A stretch of 61,379 nt of DNA, counting the filler, from Globobulimina sp. (lineage: Eukaryota), in assembly GCA_003354225.1 (NCBI GenBank). It is 14 parts of 14 records of this genome, joined end to end, with 100 filler letters (N's around TTAATTAATTAA, not from the genome) between each part and the next. Parts side by side here need not be neighbours in the genome. Positions count along the whole stretch, not along the records: positions 8,804 to 13,103 come from PIVH01001374.1; positions 13,204 to 17,502 come from PIVH01001375.1; positions 17,603 to 21,897 come from PIVH01001376.1; positions 21,998 to 26,292 come from PIVH01001377.1; 10 more parts are not named here. One strand, written 5' to 3'. Each line of letters begins with the position of its first letter. Position 1 is the first letter of the stretch. Position numbers and translations under genes: made by a program. The notes under the pieces are model-generated. The model had not been told where the DNA came from. It searched no databases and worked only from the letters and a program-made list of their open reading frames with translations. This document shows positions 12,729 to 25,100 of this stretch, piece by piece.

Positions 12729-13528
12729 AACCATTTTATGGATAAAAAATATATTTACAACAAGTGATCACGACATTATATTTTTACTTTAGAGTTTTGA
12801 TTGCTGTACGTTTCTGTTGAATGTCTGAAAATTGTAAAGCTGACTTTGATTTTGTACATGTTTTATAATATTCAAATTAAATTGTTAATCTATGTACAAT
12901 TGCAAGTCGGAGCCATCTGAGAACGCACTCTGTTTGTTTACAAATACATACATCAGAAACATGTATAAATGACAATTGATAAAATTAAACAATTCAAACC
13001 AAATTAAACAATTTAAAATAAATAAAAAATAAGCAAACAGAGTACCTTAATTATCACTGTTGTTGTTATGAATTGTTTTATACGTTGTTGGCACCAATTT
13101 GCANNNNNNNNNNNNNNNNNNNNNNNNNNNNNNNNNNNNNNNNNNNNTTAATTAATTAANNNNNNNNNNNNNNNNNNNNNNNNNNNNNNNNNNNNNNNNN
13201 NNNTTAAAGAGAATAAATACGTATACATTACACTAGACACCTTTTTTTTTTGTTGTATTAATGTGTAAATATATATATTGCAGTCAATATTCAATCCGCT
13301 TAGGTCGATGAAAATATACAGGTAGGATTTGCAAGGGAATCATCTCTCTCATGCATAATATGGACAACTCAATTTCTTTTGTACATGTTTTTGTAAATGG
13401 TGCTGTGAAAACTTTCAACAAAGTTTATAATTTGAACTAGTCAGCAAAGCCGTGATGCGCTCAAAAGTAGCAAAGACATTTCCGAAATATTAACAAAAGT
13501 GTTTAGATCCTTGCTAACAACCACCAGA

Positions 13529-14767
13529 TCAAACATTCATTATTCTAATGTTTGTATATGGAGTTTGACAAATTGGGCAACACTTTGTTTGCAATGTTGC
13601 TTCACATTTATCACATAACGCCATATGACTGCATCCATCCATAAACGATATATTCCATCGTCTATCAATACATGCAACACAGTTATATGTGTTGTCAATT
13701 ATTTGTCTCTCTGCTTCTTCAATTAATTTTACTTTATTTTGACTCTTTTCTTTCAATTCATGCAAAGCATCCAAATTCATTGCATAAATATGTTCTGTTC
13801 CAGATGTTTTACAGTCGGCCTTCTTTGTCAAACCTTCTTGTTTTTGTTTATATTCATTCAATTCACCAACCTGTATATTTAATGTTTGATTTTCCTGTTT
13901 CACACTGTTTAATTCATTCATCGTCCTCAAATATTTCTCATTCAAACTATTATATTTCCTTCGTTTCTGCGGAGGATCGTCACTATCGTTGACAGCATCG
14001 TCTTCAACCAATTTGCGCTTAATTGAATTTGAACATTTCTGCAAATTGATATCTCGTATACTAACACTTGATTGTCTGTCAACAGCTGACTTTAATGGTC
14101 GTTCCACCGCACATTGTTTACCCTGCAAAACGTCATAAACGTTTTCGCTTTTCTTTAATAATAATATTAATGCTAAGTTGTGTGTTTTTGCATGTTCACC
14201 ATAACAATCGGACAGAAACAACTTTTTATTAGTATCATATTCAAATATTCTAATTCTTACATTGTACAATTCACACAAAGCAAGCAAAATTAATCTTGCT
14301 GAGGGTGATGAAAAAGTATTTGATTTCTCAAATTTTATAATTGTTGCACTGGAAAGAGATGATGGATTTGTTTTATTTTGAAACATGGCAACCATTGAAT
14401 CTTTTTCTTTCATTCCAACTGTTTTTAGAGTTTGTGTATCGTGTAATATTTTGCCGGAATATATCAATTTCTTTGCTTCTAAATTATGTAAATTATGACA
14501 GATTTTAGCTTTTAATGCTTTGATACTTATATTGATATTGATACCGAAAGTATGTGATTTGCCTTGACGTGTTTTGAACAGAACCGATGTATTTAATGAT
14601 GTTTGTTTGTAATCACAAAATGGTTTATTATTTTTCATGTATTCTTCACATTCTTGCTTTATAATACTTCTTTTTAATGAATCACCGTATATCTCATGAG
14701 CAAAACATGCATATACATCAGTATCCTGACACATACTTATTGATTCACATTTTTTTAACATTGACAT
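13529..14767 (-). CDS. RING-finger protein: degenerate OTU with inserted ubiquitin-like domain, coiled coil, C3HC4 RING
   Basis: UBL: VLFKT..GK...I.ALKAKI...KLIYSGKILHD.QTL...G. RING: CVAC...CSHMALCDKC...CPIC. NLS-like PPQKRRK. OTU-like halves FAHEIYGD and LALCELYNVRIRIF. Confidence 0.85.
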   Translation of the reverse strand: MSMLKKCESISMCQDTDVYACFAHEIYGDSLKRSIIKQECEEYMKNNKPFCDYKQTSLNTSVLFKTRQGKSHTFGININISIKALKAKICHNLHNLEAKKLIYSGKILHDTQTLKTVGMKEKDSMVAMFQNKTNPSSLSSATIIKFEKSNTFSSPSARLILLALCELYNVRIRIFEYDTNKKLFLSDCYGEHAKTHNLALILLLKKSENVYDVLQGKQCAVERPLKSAVDRQSSVSIRDINLQKCSNSIKRKLVEDDAVNDSDDPPQKRRKYNSLNEKYLRTMNELNSVKQENQTLNIQVGELNEYKQKQEGLTKKADCKTSGTEHIYAMNLDALHELKEKSQNKVKLIEEAERQIIDNTYNCVACIDRRWNISFMDGCSHMALCDKCEATLQTKCCPICQTPYTNIRIMNV

Positions 14768-14886
14768 GATTTTTGTACGTGGCTCAACGATATATATATA
14801 TATATTTATAAGAAGCTCACTTCAAGCAAAACTTCAATATCTAGTCATCGTATCGATCATTGTTGTGCTATTTTATCATTTGAAAC

Positions 14887-17217
14887 ATGTTGAAATCAGT
14901 TTCCAGTTTAAGACAAGCAGAGCGCGATGTAGTGACAGGTTATTATCGACTGAATTACCACAGATATCTGTCGATGGAGATTATGCAGTTATCCATGTTA
15001 TATACATGGCTGTTAGAAGAATTTGACTGTACTGTTCAATCTAAAAATATTAAAATCAAAGGAAAGAATAAAACCATATGCTGCGCATTGAAGAAGCATG
15101 ATTATGGCTCAGTATTTGGCAGAAATAGCATCAGCTCGACGCCTATAAATGAGTTAAATAATTATTATCATTGGAGATTGAAAATACTCAGCTGCCTCAG
15201 CCCAAAATCTGACAATAATGAGCCAGATGATACAGAATGGAACTTTATTATTGGTCTAATGAAGGAATCTGAAACTGGCAATTGTGGCAATTTATCATTT
15301 GCGACGGTAACAGGAATTAAACAAACCGCATATGCATTTATTGGAAATACGGCTGCAACAATGAGAGGAAGGAACCATTCAATTAACACATATTCAAACG
15401 AAACATTCAAAAATAAAAATGATATAATCGATATGTATTATGATGGCAATAAAGGCGCTCTCAGCTTTGTGATAAATAACCACGGTTTGTAATAAATGTC
15501 TAAATATAATAATATATCTACGTATATATGATAAAATATGTAGACGCCGGAGTAGCATTCAGTAATATTGACACCTCCATTACTTATAGAATGGCTCTGT
15601 CTTTATATGGCAAGAAAACATCGGTCCGTTTGCTATCATATCATAATTCTGCCTTTTATCCATTTTCAAAAATTAGGACATGCTCAAATATGATTGGATT
15701 TGGTCGCTGTGTCTATAATATTGATGACAAAATGAAATATTATAAACAAGGGATGGAGATGGCGAACAATGGCATTTTGAATGAATGGCATAACGATTAT
15801 ATTGACTGTTTATGCATTTTACGCAGTTATGAGCAATGCGCCCAATATATAATCCATCACAAACTGAAGAGGATCAATGTATTGCATAATATGATCCATA
15901 TCGTGCCTGCGCTGCTTAGCAACAACCATCATTTCCAAGTTATTACCATTTTAAGAGGCATTGAGCAGCAAATGAGGAGTAAACATGAATGGCAGTTTTG
16001 GTTCTATACAAAAATGGCAAATTCATGTTTTTTTGCAGACGAACACCGAGAGTCCGTCAAATATTTTGATTTGTGCTTGCAACATATTGATAAGATATAT
16101 TCGATTGGAGAAATAAAGGAAAATGAATATGTAATGGCGACAGACGCAGCGTGTCTTGGTTTGTTTATGATTTGCTATGAATTAAAAGAATATGTCAAAG
16201 CATTGAGTTATGTGCCCAGAATGAAAGAGGATCGGATTAACCAAATATTGACACAAATCGCTGTGTGCTATAAATTTACCAAAGATTATGATAATGCCAT
16301 CAAACATTATGAGAAATTGATCGCCGCAGATCCCACTCATTACGAATATTTATGGACTGTGGCTGATATATATAAAGAAATGGGGAATGACGAAAAGGCG
16401 GAGAAGTACACACAAAAGCTATTGAACAACGATCCGGACACTTTTATGGAATATGCGCAGTATTTGAGGGATCAGAATAAAATTAAGGAAGCAATCGATG
16501 CTTACGAGAAAGCAGCGGAGTATCAATCCGATAATGCGTTGAAATCAGAGTGTTTTGTGCAACTCGGAATGTTGTACGGTCAGACAGGGGATTTGAACAA
16601 AGCTGTCGAAGCATATCAGAATGCGATGGAATTGGATCCAACCAATAGCAGGTAACAAATATGTAACATTCGTGTATAAATAACGTATATTGATATTAAT
16701 ATAAAGAGTTTTAAACAATATGGGTTATGATTATATGGAGTTGGATGAGTATGAATTGGCTCATAAATATTTGAAAATGTGTTTGGATATGGAACCTGAC
16801 CGATATTTGGCAAGCAGTAATATGGCGAATTGTTTATGTAAACTGGAGAGATATGAGGAAGCTGTGCCATTTTTGCAAAAAGCAATATCGAGAGATGATG
16901 ATTTACGGCATCCAGATGCGGGACCTCTTTGTTTGTATAATTATGCAAATATATTGAATATGAAACAAGAGTATAAAGAGAGTGTTGTTTTGGGTGGACA
17001 GTTAATAGAGAAGTTGGAGAATGATGACAGTAATCGTATTGATAATGTGTCTAAATATGCTGTTTATATTTTGATGGCAACTAATTTACGCGAATTAAGT
17101 CAATTAAATGAAGCTTTGGAATATGCTCAAAAAGCGGTTGATATCGAACGAGAAAATGTTTCTGGTCTCAAACTTGTTGGATTAATCGAACAAGAATTAA
17201 ATGAGATCAGTTTATAA
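14887..17217 (+). CDS. SPRY-like + TPR-repeat protein
   Basis: Introns 15485-15543 and 16652-16706 join three ORFs in frame. SPRY-like YHWRLKI, IIGL, NDIIDMYYD..KGALSFVIN. Multiple TPRs (e.g. AIKHYEKLIAADP, AVEAYQNAMELDP). Confidence 0.88.
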
Positions 17218-17602
17218 TTAATTAAATGTTTATAAATGTGCATGTTTGTATTATATTTGTGTCATTTTGTGATTTGTGGCAATTGTGTTATTTTTGCCTG
17301 ATATAGTTCTTGTGTTTTCGATTATTTTTGTGTCAGTGTTGGAATCGAATAAACCACATATAATTCGATTTGTTTCTTGTTTTGTTTAAGGTAGTTGTGT
17401 ACTTAAGATCGGTGTTTTTGTGTGTTTTCGGGTTTATCCAAATGAATCCATGACTATTCATCAGATTCAGTCAACACTTTTATTCATATCACTACATATA
17501 TANNNNNNNNNNNNNNNNNNNNNNNNNNNNNNNNNNNNNNNNNNNNTTAATTAATTAANNNNNNNNNNNNNNNNNNNNNNNNNNNNNNNNNNNNNNNNNN
17601 NN

Positions 17603-17904
17603 AATACATGTTTTTTATCTTTCCAAAATTCTCTCTCTCCGACATAAACAGTAATAAATGTATCACTATCTTTATTAAGATATTTCATATTTTCTGCAAT
17701 CACAGGCTTTGCTGCAACACAATCTGGACACCACGACTTGCCATTTTTTAAGGTCCCGCTAAATAATAAAAATATACGCTCGGTTTGTATTGTCTCCAAT
17801 AACTTATTTAATTCGTCAAATCCTTCACAGGTTAAAATACCATTATCACCATTCTTCTCATCAGGTTCATCTTTTTCTTTTTTATCATCCTTAACAGCTG
17901 CCAT
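17603..17904 (-). CDS. TXNDC17: Thioredoxin domain-containing protein 17 (TRP14)-like (3'-partial)
   Basis: GKSWCPDCVAA.P active site and VGER..WKD motif. Confidence 0.88.
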
Positions 17905-17980
17905 TTCAAGGTTTAAATGCGAACGAACACTAAAAACTTGATCTTCATAAATATAGAGTGCAAGGATAAATATATTATTA

Positions 17981-18883
17981 TCATTTTAATTTAAGTCTTT
18001 CATTAATTACAAAGTTTCTCACATCTTTCATCATCCCAAAATTTGTTGACGACATTGCAGCATTGATAATTGACTGCGGTATCCAACCATTAATATTTGC
18101 TTGACAAATATATCTCAGTCTGGTCCATCCCACTTCACTCTCTTTCTCTTCATCACCCACATTTGCAGCTACATTCACAGCTTCTTGAACAACCAATTTA
18201 GGCAACTTATATTCCTCCAAATCATTTTCACCCAATCTATCAAATAAAACACCACTTAAAACAACCACACCTCGAACAAAGCCTTTCTTTTCAGGAATAT
18301 CATTGCGTTGAATGGATTTCGACGCAATTTGTACCGTCATACATTTGTCGTTATCATCTTTGACCTCATAAATATTCAATAAATCCACAAAATCTCGCGG
18401 TGAAATAATGCCTCCCGCTGCTGGTTTGGCCTCAGTGTGTAAGATAAATGTATTTGGATAGCGATGTTCATCCATCATTATCTTATTTGAACTCGCAATG
18501 AATGAATCCCATTTTAATCGATATTGCGGATAGATCCATGACTCGCAAACTAGTCTTGGATCACCGGGACATATAGTTTCTGTGTACCATATCATTGGAT
18601 CCGATCTGTGTTTGGTGTTTGAGCTATATTTTATAATGGTCGGTAATTTAAACACTTTATTTTGAAGTTTAAACTCTGTCAAGGTCTTTGATGATAATGT
18701 AAATGTATCCATTCTGTTATATAATGCATCCAATTCCTGTTTAGCAGCCTTTCCAATTTGTAAATATTTATTCACCATTGGATTTGCTTTGTGTGTAACA
18801 GATTCTTTATCGTTACTGTTAGGTTGTGCTTGTTCTTCTTTTTTATCATTTACAATATTTATATCTTTAACCTCTTTGTTCAT
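17981..18883 (-). CDS. START (lipid-binding) domain protein
   Basis: R.KWD, GIISPRDFVD, KGFVRG and QANINGWIPQSIIN motifs. Confidence 0.88.
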   Translation of the reverse strand: MNKEVKDINIVNDKKEEQAQPNSNDKESVTHKANPMVNKYLQIGKAAKQELDALYNRMDTFTLSSKTLTEFKLQNKVFKLPTIIKYSSNTKHRSDPMIWYTETICPGDPRLVCESWIYPQYRLKWDSFIASSNKIMMDEHRYPNTFILHTEAKPAAGGIISPRDFVDLLNIYEVKDDNDKCMTVQIASKSIQRNDIPEKKGFVRGVVVLSGVLFDRLGENDLEEYKLPKLVVQEAVNVAANVGDEEKESEVGWTRLRYICQANINGWIPQSIINAAMSSTNFGMMKDVRNFVINERLKLK

Positions 18884-19128
18884 GGTTAAACTGTTAAGAT
18901 AAAAACCCGCTTAAATAAATCTTTTTCTCCACACAGTATTAAAAAGTCCGAAGGAAGGAATTTGATAATTATTTGTGATGCTTTCTCTCTTTACGGGTAC
19001 TGTAGTATGTCTTAGATTAGTTGGAAATGCTAATAATAGAAAGTATTAATAGTGGATTATGGATATAAGCGGATATTTATAGTTGTGGCATAATGCAAAC
19101 AACAGTATTTTAATATGAATTTTTATAA

Positions 19129-19932
19129 TTAATATGAAGACAATATAACATATTCATTCTGCAAAACAAACCCCCAATTTGATGCATTTCTTGTTACAAC
19201 CAATGGTGGAAAATCATTCACCTGAATCCACCGGGATTTATTCAATGCGCCATGCACATTGGCTTTGTCATGCACATACTCATAATATCCATATTTAGTG
19301 TCATTCTCTTTATTTTTAGTTGTCTGATAATTACGATTCGTTCCAGAAATAATTAAAAAATTAAAAAACTGTGAATAACTCTTAGCAGACTCTTTAACAA
19401 ATTTCCAATTGAACTGACCTGAATGAATAGGGTCATGAGTCATTGTCCCATCCTTTTGGAAATCTGCAAATGTCATCTTTTCTTCGAATTCATTATAAAT
19501 TGCTGCTGCAATATGCATCGGATTTGTATCCCATTTAAATCTAAAATACCATTTAAATGATGTCAACTCCTCAAATGTTATTACATTTCGTTCTTGATCA
19601 ATATATGATATCTTATATGCATTCGATGGCTCTGTTGTTTCAATTTCGACAGCTTTTGAAATAATATACAATTTGCCTTTCCATAATGATTTACAAAAAT
19701 GTAACCATAACTTCTTATGACTAAAAACAAGCTTACTCCAATGTTTCGAGACCAATGATATCCGCGAATATAATTGTAATGGAGATGAAAATCCGAAAAT
19801 ATAATATAAAATATCATCAATTTCCAACGGTGCAAAATCCTTACATATGGAAGGTAACTTATGAATTGTTGCCATGTACACTCTGTTTTTGTCTAAAAAC
19901 AAACTACTTTTTAGCATATCTGTTGAGATCAT
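19129..19932 (-). CDS. F-box-like protein
   Basis: DDILYYIFGF...ISLVSKHW.KLV....LW...C...W; start may instead be the later Met (MATIHKL). Confidence 0.75.
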   Translation of the reverse strand: MISTDMLKSSLFLDKNRVYMATIHKLPSICKDFAPLEIDDILYYIFGFSSPLQLYSRISLVSKHWSKLVFSHKKLWLHFCKSLWKGKLYIISKAVEIETTEPSNAYKISYIDQERNVITFEELTSFKWYFRFKWDTNPMHIAAAIYNEFEEKMTFADFQKDGTMTHDPIHSGQFNWKFVKESAKSYSQFFNFLIISGTNRNYQTTKNKENDTKYGYYEYVHDKANVHGALNKSRWIQVNDFPPLVVTRNASNWGFVLQNEYVILSSY

Positions 19933-19996
19933 CCGTTCTTTTTTATTTTTGGTAGGTTCAATTTCGTCTTAGCACACGACGCGTACAAATCGAAGG

Positions 19997-21386
19997 ATGA
20001 ATTCATTAGATTCTACTCCATCACAAAGCATAGTATCGCTCATCCAGTCAGATACAACAGTATCACGTGAGATGTCTGTAGGTTTGACAGATGATTATAT
20101 AGCAAATATAGAAGCCGATCAATTTCAAATGATTATGAGACCAAATCTATACAGAGGGAACAATGCAAAAATAAAAAACAAACGTTATGGTTTACCGCAA
20201 TCAGTAACGCAATTGTTAGATTATAACAAAATCACTAATGAAGATATATTATTTCATAAAAAAGGATACAGAAAAATCAAAAAAATATGTGACACCTTAC
20301 AAGGCGAATTATATAAAGCTGAAATAACCAAAAAATGGCAGGTGCATCAAAACGCTGATTATAAATACGTAGCAATTAAACGAACCAGCAAATCGTTGAC
20401 AGAGCAACGGATCGCAATGGAGGATGATATGTGTTTCTGTGTTTCTGAAAGTATATTAAAAGAAGCATTAATATTAAAACATTTAACTGTCGACAACCAA
20501 CCAATCGGGCATTATATTGTGCAATATATCGATTTCTTTGAATCTGAGACTGATTATTATTTGGTTTTGCAATATATTGATTCCGAGATAAATTTAAAGC
20601 AATTTATTTGTAAATCACGCCAATATATAAAATGTGGCAAATTATCTTTAAAAGAATACCAAACAATGATGAAATATCTATTATGGCAGTTATGTGTAAC
20701 TGTGCAATGGCTGCATATCTCAATGCATTGTTAAGTCATTCGCTCTCTCTTTGTGTATGAATTCGATCAATGATCATTACACAGGTTGTCATTTAGATAT
20801 TTGTAGCGAAAATATACTGCTTCATAACGCCAAGTTTATCCAAACTGATGATGGTATGGTCTCCATTGACCCGCATATATCCGTTAAATTATGCGATTTT
20901 GGAGTAGCAGAGGTGTTTAATACTGCATCCAAAGCCATGTTTTTATGCGGAAAACAGGAATTGACATTAGATAGAACGCCATATTTGGCACCAAAAGTGT
21001 TTGCCAATGACAAATATGATGCTCGCAAAGCAGATTCCTGGTCATTAGGAATGTTATTATTTGAAACTATGACAGTCGGACAATCGTTATATAAACCAAT
21101 GACAATGTATGATAAGAATAGTGGATATCAAGCTATTCACCATCATAAATTAAAAGAATTTTTATATGTTAATCACTTATTAAAATATTTTGATAGTAAT
21201 TCATTTTCGTTGTTAAATGATTTATTAAATGTTGACGATTCACAACGGTCGACAGGTACAGATATATTAACACATCAATGGTTTTCAGGGTATTTTAATA
21301 AATATAAGAAACAGATTGGTAAAAAATTTGATGGCAAAAATGTTAAATTAAATAGCAAATTGCTTCCAATGTATAAACTATATTAA
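19997..21386 (+). CDS. Ser/Thr protein kinase (CAMK-like, HLD catalytic loop)
   Basis: Intron 20730-20784. VAIK, CHLDICSEN, DFG, YLAPK and D.WSLG motifs; glycine-rich loop degenerate (DTLQG). Confidence 0.88.
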
Positions 21387-22008
21387 TTTGAGCAAAGTAC
21401 ATCTCGTAATTATTTTTTATACTCTTTTCATTGTTATTATGTTTTCGATCAATCTCTCGGGTTTTTTAAGTTATAATTTTAGATATATCTAGTTATAATT
21501 TGTTACTCTTTCTTTTTTCTCAGGTGAGAAAAAGGTATTTTATTTTTTTATTAGTATTTGCGCGAATTCAAAAGAATTTGTACATTTACAAATAAAAGCA
21601 TGTTTGTGTTTGTATTATTTTTTGTTTGTAATTGTGATGTTTTGTCTTATTACGTATAATTGTGATGATTCATGTTGACATTTACTCATAATTTTAGCTG
21701 TGTTTATTGTTTAATATTTGTTTCGATTCCAATTGAATTTGTAAAATATGTTATTATATATTTTTTATATATATTTTTTTGTTGACAATGAAAGTAAAAA
21801 CCAATCGGAGGAATATAGATATGTTCAGAGATGATAAATGCAGATCGGACTTTCTAGTACTTGCGAACAAAAGGATTTATTTAAACAATGATTTTTTNNN
21901 NNNNNNNNNNNNNNNNNNNNNNNNNNNNNNNNNNNNNNNNNTTAATTAATTAANNNNNNNNNNNNNNNNNNNNNNNNNNNNNNNNNNNNNNNNNNNNTTC
22001 AATTAAAA

Positions 22009-22050
22009 CACTTTGACAATGGCTACTTTACGTTAGCCGAAAGCTCAGTG
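22009..22050 (+). ncRNA. Minimal type I hammerhead ribozyme (U3-A8 core variant)
   Basis: CACT [TTGACAA] T GGCTA-ctttacgt-TAGCC [GAAA] GC [TC] AGTG. Stem I CACT/AGTG, stem II GGCTA/TAGCC, vestigial palindromic stem III (AGCT), predicted UH cleavage after C22046. Lies 76 nt before the PLE ATG. Confidence 0.82.
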
Positions 22051-22126
22051 ATCAAACAAACAATAGACTCAACTAATTCGTACTATAAACTACTTTATAC
22101 TTTTTACAATTAAATTTAAGTCCTTT

Positions 22127-25100
22127 ATGGATAAAACGTGCAGAATTAGGACCAACCGATTTGGTTTTCACGTGCGATCGTTCACAAATGTATTTCTTCG
22201 AAATGGTGTCCGGATCATGCAGTCATGTACGAAATCCAATTTTAGAGCGCTGCCTCATCGGTCGACAATATCATCATTTATTCGTTTACATTCAGCCGAA
22301 AATATCACAAATTACAATTTTAAATTAAAACATCAAGGAACGTACTTTAGGGCAAGTATGCATTTTGACAGTGAAGTATGGCAATTTTATAAATTATACA
22401 GAGATTTAGGTCGCAAAGTGCTACGCAAAGCACATCACATCGATTATTATAATATCTGTTTACTGCATTATAGAGATCCATGGAAATTAGAATCGAAGAT
22501 TAAAGAGCAAGTTATTACAACGATTAGATCACAAAAATCGCACAGTGCGATATTGCGACGGTGCAGTAACCAGTTAATAAAAAAGGATAAGGCGGCTTTG
22601 CGGGACCAAATTGTGGTAAATATCAAACAAATGAAATTATTATGGAGTAATTTAACAGCAATTGCCTCAAAAACGACATTAAATCATTTAGCAAACGTTG
22701 CGGAATTACAAATGTTTCATGAATATGTAAGAATTGATCGTTTAGTCAAAAGTCGTATGTATACGATTTTTAATTTTGGACCAGACACTTTTTGGGAGCA
22801 TTGGCGAATTAACAGACGTTTAAAGGGCACAATGAGTTGCAATTACAGTGAGAGAGGGAGTACATTTACGTGGGTCAACAGCGTGAATGCAAATGATCTG
22901 AATTATAATTCGGGGATTTTAGATAGAACAAAGACTTCAGAATCAACCGCATTTAGCTTCGACAGTGAAGAAAAAGAATACATTTTAGGTAATATCGAAG
23001 AGACAGCGGGTTGTGAGGAAGTAACAGTGTGTAACAGAGAGAAAAATGAAATTACGGCGAGCACAGAAAGGGCACCAGACAGTTTAGACAATTTTAGTAA
23101 CGATGAAAGCGAAAATAAGGTGTATCGCTTACAACGTATTTTTCAACAATTTAAGAAAAAGAGAGCGTGGAAGAAGGGATACAAAAAGAAAGAAATTACG
23201 CATTTTGCAGCACATAAAAGTAAATTAAATCGACGGAGAAACAAAATTAATGCCAACAGACAGTGTGCGAATTTGCGTAGAAAATGTAAGATCATTTTAA
23301 AAGAGGAGGCATTGAAAGTCGCTCCAATGCAAAAACTACCAAAAACCGACGAAAACATAAAAATTGCGCCGGGTTTCGAAAAATTAGTCGCTCGCAGTAG
23401 AAATTACGTAGTTAACCCGAAATATTTCGATTTTAATAATATGTTTACGGGTATTTTCAATCTGAAAAATAGCGTCAGATCGTGGTATAATAATATTTAT
23501 AATAATTATACTAAAAAGAAAAACGATGAAAACGAGAAAAACGAGGAAAAGGAAGAGAAGAAAGAGCAGAAAGTGCAAGATGACGGAGATTGGGTTGATT
23601 GGAAGCCGTATTTAGTAAACACAAAAGAGCGCAGATATCATTGTCAAAGCACAGGCAACGTAAAATTAGAAGCGTTTTTACATGATTTTGAGAAGGATTT
23701 ATATGAAAAATGCCTGCAAAATCAACGAAATATACAATATAAAACAAATTTAGATGACGACGAAGAAGAAGCGTACATGGACTGCATTGACGAAAATCAA
23801 AAATTCGACGATAAAAACAGGAAAGTGATGGTAAAGGAGGATAAGGGCTCATTATATATGGTGACAACGGCGGAGGTATTAAATAATTTGGTTTTAGATA
23901 CTTTGCCAAAATTAGGTTTTGAGGCCGTGCCAGAATATGATTGGGAGCAAGAAATTGAAATTCTGACACAATTGTTGTCGAAATGGGTGGATTTCGGAGA
24001 GTTAAAAGAGGATTGGTTTGAAGCGTTGCAACCCAAATTCCCGACGAAATTCCATTATCGCAATGCGAATTTGTATGCGCTATGGAAGACACATAAAAAA
24101 GTGCCATCATTACGGCTAATTTCATCATTTTCAGGCACGTTTTGGGAGGCAACTGACAAATTTTTAGATTATGTGATAACTCCGATTTGGAAACACGAGC
24201 TGGAAAAAGGATTTTTATTGAAAGACACAAAGGATTTGGTGACGCGCGTAATAAATTTCAATGAAAATAAATCGATACAATGGCATATTAGAAATAGAAA
24301 GGATTTTATAGTTTGGTCCTTCGACGTTGTTAAACTATATCCATCGATTGAGCACGATTACGGATTAAGAGAAATGAGTAAAAAATTAGATGAATACAGC
24401 TATTTATTACCAGCCCACCCCTCAAAAGAGTGTATTTTAGACATTTTAAACGAGGCACTAAGGAGAGGCGTAGTGGTATGGAATAAGAATCATTTCATCA
24501 AAACGAGAGGATGCGGAATGGGAAGAAGTTGGGCGTGCAGATATGCAGATTTATGCCTTGTTAATTATGACACATTATTACGAGATAGCGATTGGGTGCA
24601 AAGTAAGTCCGCATTGGAAGTATTAATGGATGGCAGATTTAGAGACGATTTATTTGGAGCAGGATGTGGAGATATATTTGATTTAAAATGCTTGCTTTCG
24701 GGCATGAATATTATCAATAAATCACTACAATTTACATTGGATTATGACTATGCGGATAGAGATGTGGATAAAAACGGGAAATATCTCGAAATTCTGGACA
24801 CAAAATTCATCGTAAAACGTAAATTAAAACGATTTGATGACATTGAATTTATGGGTTGGGATATTACGGTCGATGTACATTCAAAAGAGACAGATACACA
24901 CTGCACATTAGAAAATAATTCGTGCCACGTTAGCCATCAAAAAAGAGGGACGATATCATCGACGGCATTGAGGATTAGAAGTATTTGCGATGATGAATAC
25001 ATTGAGAATCAATTAAGAAATTATAAATGTTTTCTAATTGCGAGAAACCACGAAGTGTGGCAAGTTAACAATATTTTCAACAAATTTAGCAAATTAACAA

